Below are positions 8,127 to 15,922 of a DNA stretch of 32,048 bases, in pieces. Source of the stretch: an uncultured Gammaproteobacteria bacterium (GTDB taxonomy: Bacteria > Patescibacteriota > Microgenomatia > UBA12405); assembly GCA_964496075.1 (NCBI GenBank), contig CAZBXB010000004.1, positions 1 to 32,048 of the forward strand, in the 5' to 3' direction. The notes under the pieces are model-generated. The model ran no database searches. It was not told where the DNA came from and saw nothing but the letters and a program-made list of their open reading frames with translations. Within the stretch, counting starts at the first letter, position 1, and every line of letters starts with the position of its first letter. Both the position numbers and the translations under genes were made by a program.

Positions 8127-9449
8127 TTGTCTATTATGGTAAACGAAGTCAGAATGCCACCACAATCTGAAGAAGCTGAGTTGGCTGTATTGGGATCTAT
8201 ATTAATAGATAACGAAGCTATGTTAGCGGTATCTGATTTTTTGAAGCCAGATCATTTTTATTTTCCTAATCACAACTTGATATATGAGGCCATGTTGTAT
8301 TTGTACGAAAACAGATCGGCTATAGATATAGTGACGGTGGCCGAAAGACTGAAAGAAGCTAAAAAACTGACAAAAGTGGGAGGCAAAACTTATTTATCAA
8401 AATTAGCCAATGAAGTACCGACTTCGGCCAATGTGGAAAGTTATGGACAGATAATAAAATCTTTATCGGCCAAAAGGGAGTTAATAACGGCAGCAGCCAA
8501 AATATCTGAAAGCGCCTTTAGCGCAACTGTGGGAAGTAACCAGCTTTTGGATATGGCTGAGCAAGAAATATTTGCGCTAACAGAGAGGCATATAAAAAAC
8601 AAGCCAATTTCGATTCGAGAAGTATTAACCTCAAGCTTTGACAGGCTTGATGAATTGCAAAAACTGGGAGATGGACTTAGGGGTATACCGTCTGGCTTTA
8701 AAAGTTTGGATGATACATTGGCTGGAATGCAAAATAGTAACTTGATTGTATTAGCGTCTAGACCTGGTGTAGGCAAGACTGCTTTTGCCCTAAATATTGC
8801 CAGATATGTGGCAGTAGAAAAGAATTTGCCAGTCTGTATGTTTTCGCTGGAAATGAGCAAGGAAGAACTAGTTGATAGACTTTTAGTAAGACAGGGATTG
8901 ATTGACTCTTGGAAGCTAAAAACCGGTAGATTGTCTGATACTGATTTTGCGGCTTTGTCGGAAGCAATGGGAGTGTTGGCAGAGGCGCCTTTGTATATTG
9001 ATGATACACCCGGACTAACCGTAACTGAAGTAAGAACAAAGGCCAGAAGACTTCAAGTCGAAAGAGATATTAAACTAATTATTGTTGACTATTTGCAATT
9101 AATGCATGGACATACTAAAGACAATAGGGTACAGGAAGTGTCTGAGATCTCTCAGGGATTGAAGAATTTGGCTCGTGAGTTAAAAATACCGGTGTTGGCG
9201 GCAGCTCAATTGTCAAGGGCTATGGAGGCTCGAGGCGGTAAACCAAGATTGTCTGACCTTCGCGAAAGTGGATCTATTGAACAAGATGCTGACGTAGTTA
9301 TGTTTTTGCATCGGCCAGATGATGAAAATAGAGAAAGTGTGTCTTGTTCGATAGCAAAACATAGAAACGGACCGGTAGGCGAGTTTAATCTGTACTTCAA
9401 TGGTAAACAGATTAGTTTTTTTGATATGGATACGAAAAGAGAGGAGTAG
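8127..9449 (+). CDS. dnaB: replicative DNA helicase DnaB
   Basis: N-terminal PPQSEEAELAVLGSILID, Walker A SRPGVGKTAF, LIIVDYLQLM, RESGSIEQDADVV. No intein. ATG at 8136 is the likelier start and is preceded by TGAGATAAT. Confidence 0.95.
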   Translation: MSIMVNEVRMPPQSEEAELAVLGSILIDNEAMLAVSDFLKPDHFYFPNHNLIYEAMLYLYENRSAIDIVTVAERLKEAKKLTKVGGKTYLSKLANEVPTSANVESYGQIIKSLSAKRELITAAAKISESAFSATVGSNQLLDMAEQEIFALTERHIKNKPISIREVLTSSFDRLDELQKLGDGLRGIPSGFKSLDDTLAGMQNSNLIVLASRPGVGKTAFALNIARYVAVEKNLPVCMFSLEMSKEELVDRLLVRQGLIDSWKLKTGRLSDTDFAALSEAMGVLAEAPLYIDDTPGLTVTEVRTKARRLQVERDIKLIIVDYLQLMHGHTKDNRVQEVSEISQGLKNLARELKIPVLAAAQLSRAMEARGGKPRLSDLRESGSIEQDADVVMFLHRPDDENRESVSCSIAKHRNGPVGEFNLYFNGKQISFFDMDTKREE

Positions 9450-9463
9450 AAGAGAAATTAACC

Positions 9464-9484
9464 AATTTACAATTTTCAATTTTC
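9464..9484 (+). repeat. tandem heptamers AATTTAC AATTTTC AATTTTC
   Basis: Read directly. Located between the dnaB stop and tRNA-Leu. Confidence 0.7.
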
Positions 9485-9492
9485 AAGTGTCA

Positions 9493-9501
9493 TGAGATAA
9501 T
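9493..9501 (+). promoter_or_regulatory. extended -10 box TGAGATAAT, 22 nt upstream of tRNA-Leu
   Basis: The same 9-mer occurs in front of dnaB (8119-8127). Confidence 0.4.
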
Positions 9502-9523
9502 AGGAAGATTCGATGAAGACATA

Positions 9524-9607
9524 GCCGAGGTGGCGGAATTGGTATACGCGTAGGTCTCAAAAACCTATGGTGGCAACATCGTGAGGGTTCGATTCCCTCC
9601 CTCTGCA
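9524..9607 (+). tRNA. tRNA-Leu (anticodon CAA), class II with a long variable arm
   Basis: Acceptor GCCGAGG/CCTCTGC (one C:U mismatch at 3:70), anticodon stem TAGGT/ACCTA, loop CTCAAAA, T-arm GAGGG-TTCGATT-CCCTC. Confidence 0.85.
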
Positions 9608-9616
9608 CCGTCTCCA

Positions 9617-10279
9617 ATGGTAAAATTAATTATGGCCTTAGTTTATATAAGTAGAGTATTGGCAGTATTGGTGTTTGCTTACTTGGTGTGGAAGAAAACA
9701 AGGGATGAACTGGGGCAGGATACAAATTCATTTCTGTGGTCGGCTCTGGTAGCCTTTTTTATTGGGGGTAGAGTAGGCTTTGGATTTACCAATCTACTTG
9801 ACTGGAATATCAGTTTGTGGGATTGGCTATTTTTTTGGGATAATCCCGGATTTAATCTTCTGGTGGGACTGATTAGCTTGGTATCTTTTGTGATGCTATA
9901 TACTATGTTTGAACGATGGAGTTTTGTAGAATTGGTGGAAGATTTGGTGATTCCGGGAGTGATGTTAAGCTTTTTTTGGCTACTACCGGTGTGGTTTGGT
10001 GATAAGAATGTAGTGGATATGTGGATAGTTGGAGGACTGATGTTGATATTTGGATTAAGTTTCTGGGCTAGAAAATATAGATCTTTTTATTGGTATAAAA
10101 GCGGAAAGAAAGGCTTTTTGTTTTTGTTTTCGGGTTTAATATTTTCGATCTTGATGTTTGTAGCTAGTTTTGTGGTTGAAATGAGTTTGTTTTATCGGTA
10201 TTTAGCTTTGGTTTTTAGTTTGATTTTTTTGATAAGCTTGGTTATGCTTGGAGAGTTATTTAATTCGGAGAAGAAGTAA
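9617..10279 (+). CDS. polytopic membrane protein, tentatively Lgt-like
   Basis: Several hydrophobic helices. FFIGGRVGFGF and WDNPGFNLLVGL faintly resemble the N-terminal half of Lgt. Sits in an lspA neighbourhood. The start is placed after tRNA-Leu because the ORF-track start at 9581 lies inside the tRNA. Confidence 0.5.
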   Translation: MVKLIMALVYISRVLAVLVFAYLVWKKTRDELGQDTNSFLWSALVAFFIGGRVGFGFTNLLDWNISLWDWLFFWDNPGFNLLVGLISLVSFVMLYTMFERWSFVELVEDLVIPGVMLSFFWLLPVWFGDKNVVDMWIVGGLMLIFGLSFWARKYRSFYWYKSGKKGFLFLFSGLIFSILMFVASFVVEMSLFYRYLALVFSLIFLISLVMLGELFNSEKK

Positions 10280-10280
10280 T

Positions 10281-10655
10281 ATGACTAAAAATAGTAACAA
10301 GGTTGCTTTTCCTGCCAAATTTTTGGTACCAATTGGACATTTTTTAGAAAATGAGATTAAAAAGCTAAAAAAGACACAGGATTCGCTTGAAGAAGGGGAT
10401 CCTTTTACCGATACTGATAGAGCCAGTCAGAATTCACTTGAAGAAGATGTAGATGAACAAGTAGGTCATTTGCATTCTGAAGTAAAGGTAAACTTTTTGT
10501 CAAGACAGATAGTTCAAATTAGAAAGGCTTTGGCCAGAATAAAGTTGGGCAAATATGGCTTGTGTGAGAGTTGCGGTAAGATAATTGACACCGATAGATT
10601 GGCAATAAAGCCAGATGCTACAATTTGTGTTGAGTGTGAAAAAAATAAGGAGTAG
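10281..10655 (+). CDS. DksA/TraR-family C4 zinc-finger protein
   Basis: CESCGKIIDTDRLAIKPDATICVECE at the C-terminus. ATG at 10281 sits behind GGAGAAGAAG. Confidence 0.8.
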   Translation: MTKNSNKVAFPAKFLVPIGHFLENEIKKLKKTQDSLEEGDPFTDTDRASQNSLEEDVDEQVGHLHSEVKVNFLSRQIVQIRKALARIKLGKYGLCESCGKIIDTDRLAIKPDATICVECEKNKE

Positions 10656-11016
10656 GGTAAGTGTAATTTTGTTACCAGTATCATTGTGGTTAGCTCACAG
10701 TTTTTTGGCGGCTAGACTTGAGGTGATACAAAATAGGGGAATCAGTTTTGGTGTTAACTTGCCGATGACAGAGGTGTTTTTAGTGATGTTTTTGGCAATA
10801 TTAGCGCGAGAGATAGTGAAAAGTTTTAAATGGTCAACATATTTGGTGTTTGTAGGTGGATTGATAAACTTTGCTGACAGACTTTTAGTGGGTTTTGTGA
10901 GAGACTATTTCAAGGTCATATTCTTTTATAATAACTTGGCAGATTGGGTTATATTTGTTGGCGTGATGCTATATTTTGCCAATTTTTTTGATGAAACAAA
11001 CAGACATAGTCTTTGA
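10615..11016 (+). CDS. lspA: lipoprotein signal peptidase II
   Basis: IQNRGISFGV, FADRLLVGFVRDYF and YNNLADW match LspA conserved blocks including the catalytic Asp contexts. The start is uncertain (ATG 10615 or TTG 10669). Confidence 0.8.
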   Translation: MLQFVLSVKKIRSRVSVILLPVSLWLAHSFLAARLEVIQNRGISFGVNLPMTEVFLVMFLAILAREIVKSFKWSTYLVFVGGLINFADRLLVGFVRDYFKVIFFYNNLADWVIFVGVMLYFANFFDETNRHSL

Positions 11017-11653
11017 AGACAAGAACATGATGGTGTTGGAGAAGAGTAGTGGGGTGGTGACTACCAAAGAGGGTGGTGATAAAAATACGGTTGAGGATTG
11101 GTTGGTGGAAAATTTCAAGTGGGCGGTCAAAATGAACAGGGCTGGGATAGTACATAGGCTGGATAAAGGTACTTCCGGCTTATTGCTAGTAGCCAAGACG
11201 GAGAACAGTTTTTTTTACCTAAAACAACAGTTTAAGAAGAGATTGGTTTATAAGGAATATTGGGCTTTAGTGGAAGGAGATGTCAGCTTTGAAGGCGAAA
11301 TGATGCTACCAATTGGAAGAAGTAAATATAATTTTTTAAGATGGGCAGTAAGCGAACTGGGTAAAAGAGCATGGACGACTTTTGAGTTGATGGAAAAATT
11401 TGAAATGGGGGGGAAAAAATATAGTTTGGTAAAAATAGTTCTAAAAACAGGTAGAACACATCAGATAAGAGTGCATTTTTCCCACCTTGGTTGGCCATTA
11501 GTAGGTGATAAATTATATGGAGGCAAGCTGGACTTGATAAGCAGACCATTTTTGCATGCTAAAAAAATTGCTTTGGTTGGAATTGATGGTGTTAATTTTG
11601 AGTTTGAAACAGATTTGAGTGATGACCTGAAGTTGGTATTGGAGGGGAGATGA
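10991..11653 (+). CDS. RluA-family pseudouridine synthase (no S4 domain)
   Basis: HRLDKGTSGLLLVAK catalytic motif and GRTHQIRVH. Confidence 0.9.
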   Translation: MKQTDIVFEDKNMMVLEKSSGVVTTKEGGDKNTVEDWLVENFKWAVKMNRAGIVHRLDKGTSGLLLVAKTENSFFYLKQQFKKRLVYKEYWALVEGDVSFEGEMMLPIGRSKYNFLRWAVSELGKRAWTTFELMEKFEMGGKKYSLVKIVLKTGRTHQIRVHFSHLGWPLVGDKLYGGKLDLISRPFLHAKKIALVGIDGVNFEFETDLSDDLKLVLEGR

Positions 11654-12492
11654 AAAGGAAATTGGTACGATTGGGATTGGTTGGAATAATAGGAATTGTT
11701 GTCTTTTTTGTTGATATAAGGCGAGGATTGGGGGTATTTTTTAAAAATGACTATAGACTAGCCATAATGGCTGATAATGGAATAGGATTGGTAAATATAT
11801 CGCCAAATAGGGGAATGGTAAATGTAGTCTATTTTTCGGACAAAGATACATACATTTGGGTGCCTGGTGGCTATGGTTGGTATAGAGCAGATAAGATTAG
11901 TGGCTTACTTAGACAAGAAAAGAAAAGAGAATTGGATGATGATATATTCTTTTATAATTTTGGCTTTAGAGCTGATGCCGTCATATGGGTAAGTGATCTA
12001 AATAATTGGGATCAATGGTCACAGATGTCTGGCAAGATTGGGCTAATTCCGTCGGTGTTTTTTAAATGGCGAAGTTCGAATATGTTTTTTAAAGAAGAAA
12101 ATATTATCGGAGAAATATGGGAAAATGTGGCTTTGGATGAAATACTTAGACGGGAGTTTAGCGATAATGTATTGGTAGAGGAGGGGATTAGGTTGTCGGT
12201 CTACAATGCAACTACAAAGGATTGGCTGGCTGGTTTCTTGTCGGATAGATTGACGTGGGCGGGATTGTCGGTGCTGTCAGTCGGAGATTGGTCTGGAGAA
12301 AGTATCGATAAATGTAGAATAATTTATAAAGATAACTTGGAGGAAACTAAGACATTTGCCTTTTTGAGGGATAAATTTAACAGTTGTGATTTTGTGGCCG
12401 ATAATCAAATGGCCGAAAAAGAGATTGAAATAGTAATCGATAGTGTTTGGGCTGAAATGATAAACTATAGTACTTATGTCAGGACATTCTAA
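11650..12492 (+). CDS. membrane-anchored protein with a LytR_C-like C-terminal domain
   Basis: N-terminal TM helix. IRLSVYNATTKDWLAGFLSDRLTWAGLSV resembles the LytR/CpsA/Psr C-terminal domain. Confidence 0.5.
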   Translation: MKRKLVRLGLVGIIGIVVFFVDIRRGLGVFFKNDYRLAIMADNGIGLVNISPNRGMVNVVYFSDKDTYIWVPGGYGWYRADKISGLLRQEKKRELDDDIFFYNFGFRADAVIWVSDLNNWDQWSQMSGKIGLIPSVFFKWRSSNMFFKEENIIGEIWENVALDEILRREFSDNVLVEEGIRLSVYNATTKDWLAGFLSDRLTWAGLSVLSVGDWSGESIDKCRIIYKDNLEETKTFAFLRDKFNSCDFVADNQMAEKEIEIVIDSVWAEMINYSTYVRTF

Positions 12493-13165
12493 ATGGGCTA
12501 ATATCAAAGTCAGGAAAGGTGCGCAGGATAAAAAAAGAAGTGCTGTTTTTACTAAAATGGCAAAAAATATTGTTGTGTCTGTTAAAAGAGGTGGAGGAGT
12601 AACCGATGCTTCTATTAATGCTTATTTAAGAGCGGCTATAGATAAGGCAAAAGAAGTCAATATGCCCAGGGAAAATATTGAAAGAATTTTAAAGAGATTT
12701 GAAGAGAGAGGTAGCAATTTGACTAACATGTACCTGGAAGGCTTTGGACCGGAGAATGTGGGAGTGATAATTGAGGTGGAAACCGATAACAAGATTAGAA
12801 CAAGTAATGAAGTAAAGAGGATTCTTCAAGAATATGGTGGATCTTTAAGTGGAAATAATACTGTTATGTTTCAATTTGATAAAGTGGGTAGGGTAGAGCT
12901 AAAGGAAATAAAAGAGGAGGATTGGGAAAAATTGATAGACATGGGGGCTAGCGATATTTATGAAAATTATGTGGAAATGGAATTTACTAATTTGGGCGGG
13001 TATGTGAGCAAGCTAGAAGATAAGGCAATAGAGGTAGTTGATTTTGGAGGACATCTTAAAGCTAAAATGCCACTGACGATATCTAATAAAGATAGAGTAG
13101 ACGATCTTATTCAAGTACTTGAGGAACTTGATGATGTAGTTAAAGTTTTTGTGGCCTGCCAATGA
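12476..13165 (+). CDS. yebC: YebC/PmpR-family DNA-binding regulator
   Basis: MSGHSKWANIKVRKGAQDKKRS..FTK N-terminal signature. Confidence 0.9.
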   Translation: MSGHSKWANIKVRKGAQDKKRSAVFTKMAKNIVVSVKRGGGVTDASINAYLRAAIDKAKEVNMPRENIERILKRFEERGSNLTNMYLEGFGPENVGVIIEVETDNKIRTSNEVKRILQEYGGSLSGNNTVMFQFDKVGRVELKEIKEEDWEKLIDMGASDIYENYVEMEFTNLGGYVSKLEDKAIEVVDFGGHLKAKMPLTISNKDRVDDLIQVLEELDDVVKVFVACQ

Positions 13166-13944
13166 GTAAAAGATTAAGCTTTGTACTGATATCATTGTTG
13201 TTATCGATTTTGTTTTTTGTGATATTGGGTTTGCCATACGAGTGGCAGCATTTTGCTATAGCCGTTTCCAGTTTGTGGGTAATTTTTGTATATTGGTTGG
13301 CTTTGGGACTTCTAAATTATAAGGATTGGAAACTAAAGACACTTTTGGCCTTTTTACCGGTAGCTTTTTTTGTAGGTTATTGTTTGTTTGTGATATTGTT
13401 GCCTTTTTCCGTACCTCTTGCCTTATTTTTATCAGCTCTATTTTTGATAGTCAATTACGTCATATTCTTGGTGGAAAATATTTTTCTGGTGGCCATAGGC
13501 TATCGAACCGTACCTTTGTATAGAGCGGCTTATACGGTGGCTTTAATAGTCTTGCTGATAGCTTCATTTTTCTTGATTAACAGTATCTTTACAATTAATT
13601 TGGGATTTTGGCAAAATGGCTTAGCTGTACTGGGAGCATCAATGTTGATTTTTGGCTATTTATTTTGGGCGATAACAATCGAACTACCTGATGATGGTAA
13701 AAACAAGAGCTTGAGTTATATCTGGGTACCGGCGCTTATCTTAGGACAACTGTCAGCCGCTTTTTCCTTTTGGCCAATCGGCATTTTTAGAAGATCAATC
13801 TTTTTGGTTAGTATTATTTATGTATTGGCAACTTTAATCCAGGCAGATATTAAGGAAAGGTTGTTTCCTAAAGTATGGAAGGGTATGCTATGGGTGTTTG
13901 TGGCTTTGGTTTTAGGTATTGTAAGTGTCAGTAAATGGCGATAG
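13162..13944 (+). CDS. hypothetical polytopic membrane protein
   Basis: 260 aa and strongly hydrophobic throughout. ATGA start/stop overlap with yebC. Confidence 0.6.
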   Translation: MSKRLSFVLISLLLSILFFVILGLPYEWQHFAIAVSSLWVIFVYWLALGLLNYKDWKLKTLLAFLPVAFFVGYCLFVILLPFSVPLALFLSALFLIVNYVIFLVENIFLVAIGYRTVPLYRAAYTVALIVLLIASFFLINSIFTINLGFWQNGLAVLGASMLIFGYLFWAITIELPDDGKNKSLSYIWVPALILGQLSAAFSFWPIGIFRRSIFLVSIIYVLATLIQADIKERLFPKVWKGMLWVFVALVLGIVSVSKWR

Positions 13945-14128
13945 ATAGGTATAATTTGTGTATTTTTATTAAAAGAGTGGGGGAGAAAGTAGGTGAAATT
14001 TAGAGTTAAGGTGACCTTAGTATTGATAATAGAGACCGGAAATAAAAAGCGGGAATTTAGTTTTAAAAATGACAAAAAATTTTTATCAGAAAAAAAATTG
14101 CTTGCCAGGCCAAATAGGGAAGAGGGTA

Positions 14129-14219
14129 GTCCTATAATAATGTGTCCTATAATACACATTTAATTTTCACGATACGTCCTATAATTTTCACAATGATACA
14201 TTATGATATAGTCTATAAT
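14129..14219 (+). repeat. direct repeats GTCCTATAAT x3 (14129, 14144, 14176) plus GTCTATAAT (14211)
   Basis: Read directly. Each copy carries a perfect TATAAT. TAATTTTCAC is also duplicated (14161 and 14182). Confidence 0.7.
14139..14160. promoter_or_regulatory. inverted repeat AATGTGT-N8-ACACATT centred on one CCTATAAT copy
   Basis: Perfect 7-bp arms read directly. The layout looks like an operator. Confidence 0.4.
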
Positions 14220-14408
14220 TTATGATATCGATTGATACGGTATCTGTGGATAAGTAGCTAAGGAGAAGTAGAAGTGGCCGGATTTGCAAGGGAAGAGGTG
14301 TTATGACAGCCCATTTTTTACTGTTTTATATTAAGAATAAGGCGATACCAGTCTTATTTTGATTATCGGAGTAGTATATTACTCTTTTGAGGGATATTGA
14401 TAATTTAT

Positions 14409-14436
14409 ACGTCGCACAATGTATCTTTTGCGACTA
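14409..14436. other. candidate dif-like Xer recombination site ACGTCGCACAA-TGTATC-TTTTGCGACTA
   Basis: 11-6-11 architecture with imperfectly inverted arms (GTCGCA/TGCGAC core). CGCACAATGTAT resembles E. coli dif GCGCATAATGTAT. Lies 330 bp upstream of the Xer gene at the point where gene orientation converges. Confidence 0.4.
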
Positions 14437-14475
14437 TGTTTAAAATAGAGAGCAGAGGAGGGTAAATAATAAATA

Positions 14476-14503
14476 AATTTTCAATTATCAATTTACAATT
14501 TTA
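14476..14503 (+). repeat. tandem heptamers AATTTTC AATTATC AATTTAC AATTTTA
   Basis: Read directly. This is the third locus of the same heptamer family. Confidence 0.7.
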
Positions 14504-14734
14504 TTGAAAAATTAAAATATTATTTTGATAAAAAATACACATTTTGACTGATTTCTCTCAAATTGACCCTAATGATTTTTTGGCTTTGGTAGCTATTTCA
14601 TGCTTCCCTAAGCAGAATTATTTGAGGGGAAGGTAAAATTGGCCTAATTTGACGTATAAATAAAAATGACTTCATTAGAGCCTTTTTAAGGCATTTTAAA
14701 AAAGCAGTCGATTCTTTGGACAGGTCTGCTTTGC

Positions 14735-14761
14735 TTTACAGGATGGTTTTGTTGATAAAAT
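14735..14761 (+). promoter_or_regulatory. putative promoter: TTTACA, 15-nt spacer, TGATAAAAT, 5 nt before the xer ATG
   Basis: Hexamers read directly. No Shine-Dalgarno is present. Confidence 0.35.
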
Positions 14762-14766
14762 GATAT

Positions 14767-15699
14767 ATGGACAAAGTTAGAGATGTAGAAGTTCTAAAAC
14801 GAAGATTTTTGGAACATTTGGAGATTGGACAAAACTGTTCAAAGTTAACTATAAGAAACTATGATCATTACTTGAGTGTTTTAATTGATTTTTTAAAAGT
14901 TGAACTGAAAAAAGACGTGACCGATATTGGTGATATTAATTTGGAAACTGTCAGAAAGTTCAGGCTATTTTTGAATAATCAAGACAAAAAGATCGTAACT
15001 CAGGGATATTATGTAATATGCTTGAGGTCTTTTTTGAAATGGATGATAAAGCAGGATTATAAAAAGATATTGCAACCGGAAAAAATTGATGTACCCAAAT
15101 CTAAATCTATATCTTTAAAGTTTTTGGATAACGACCAGATGGAAAGACTTTTAAATCAGCCTATTTTGTCGACAAAAGGAGGTTTAAGAGACAGGTGTAT
15201 CTTGGAGCTATTGTTTTCGACAGGCTTGCGGGTGTCGGAATTAGTATCACTAGATAAAGACAAAATTAACCTAAAAACACGTGAATTTGGTATTGTCGGT
15301 AAGGGTGGTAAGTCGAGGGTGGTATTTATTAGTAAGCGGGCGGCTAGCCTATTGGACAGATATCTAAGAAGCAGAGTTGATTACTATAATCCCCTATTTA
15401 TCAGATATTCCGGAAAGGTTGAAGTTTCTGCCGGTGGTCAATCAATGAGATTAACGGTCAGATCAGTCCAAAGAATTGTTAAGAAATATGTAAAAAAGGC
15501 AAAATTACCAGTTGATGCCACGCCCCACACTTTAAGACACTCGATGGCTACCGACCTATTGAGATCAGGAGCTGACTTAAGATCAGTCCAAGAAATGTTA
15601 GGTCACAAAAATATAGCGACAACACAAGTTTATACCCATGTAACCGATAAAAGACTAAGGGAGGTACATGAGAAGTTTCATAGTGGAAATAAAAGGTAA
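14767..15699 (+). CDS. tyrosine recombinase, XerC/XerD family
   Basis: C-terminal catalytic blocks HTLRHSMATDLL and LGHKNIATTQVYTHV, plus GLRVSEL. Confidence 0.9.
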   Translation: MDKVRDVEVLKRRFLEHLEIGQNCSKLTIRNYDHYLSVLIDFLKVELKKDVTDIGDINLETVRKFRLFLNNQDKKIVTQGYYVICLRSFLKWMIKQDYKKILQPEKIDVPKSKSISLKFLDNDQMERLLNQPILSTKGGLRDRCILELLFSTGLRVSELVSLDKDKINLKTREFGIVGKGGKSRVVFISKRAASLLDRYLRSRVDYYNPLFIRYSGKVEVSAGGQSMRLTVRSVQRIVKKYVKKAKLPVDATPHTLRHSMATDLLRSGADLRSVQEMLGHKNIATTQVYTHVTDKRLREVHEKFHSGNKR

Positions 15700-15922
15700 G
15701 AAGTAAACTATCCTATATAAAAACACAGATGTATCTTATAATTTTTGACTCCCCTACTCCATTTGTGTCAGCCGATAAACAAATTGTGCGTACTTGGTAT
15801 GTTTACTAAATCTGATCAAAATACCACCTATTTTACCGTATATAACAAAATTGTACCTAATGTTGTCAGATGATAAATAGAACTGCCAAAAACGAGCTAG
15901 TTGTTAAGTTGGTCTTATATAC

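Noticed and set aside
9581-9616. The N-terminal extension MRVRFPPSAPSP of the 9581 ORF.
   Set aside because: These codons lie inside the T-arm and acceptor stem of tRNA-Leu. The real start is most likely the ATG at 9617 or later.
13818-14159. The 113-aa minus-strand ORF running from the non-coding region into the 13162-13944 gene.
   Set aside because: It overlaps a convincing membrane-protein gene in antisense and has low-complexity, AT-driven composition. It has no start context or motifs.
14129-14219. The GTCCTATAAT direct repeats as a possible CRISPR array.
   Set aside because: The repeats are only 9-10 nt long, the spacing is irregular (15, 32 and 35 nt), there is no repeat-spacer periodicity, and no cas genes are in the window.
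14245-14253. A perfect DnaA-box word TGTGGATAA next to AT-rich repeats, which suggested oriC.
   Set aside because: It is the only perfect box I could find, and no dnaA or dnaN is nearby. The flanking genes converge on this region instead of diverging from it, which fits a terminus better than an origin. A single 9-mer can also occur by chance.
13945-14766. Whether the long non-coding region hides RNase P RNA, tmRNA or SRP RNA.
   Set aside because: Scanning by eye, I found none of the expected motifs on either strand: GGAAAGTCC-type P4, a tmRNA-type GGTTCGA..TCCACCA 3' end, or the SRP GGAA tetraloop motif. This is not decisive; a covariance-model scan is needed.
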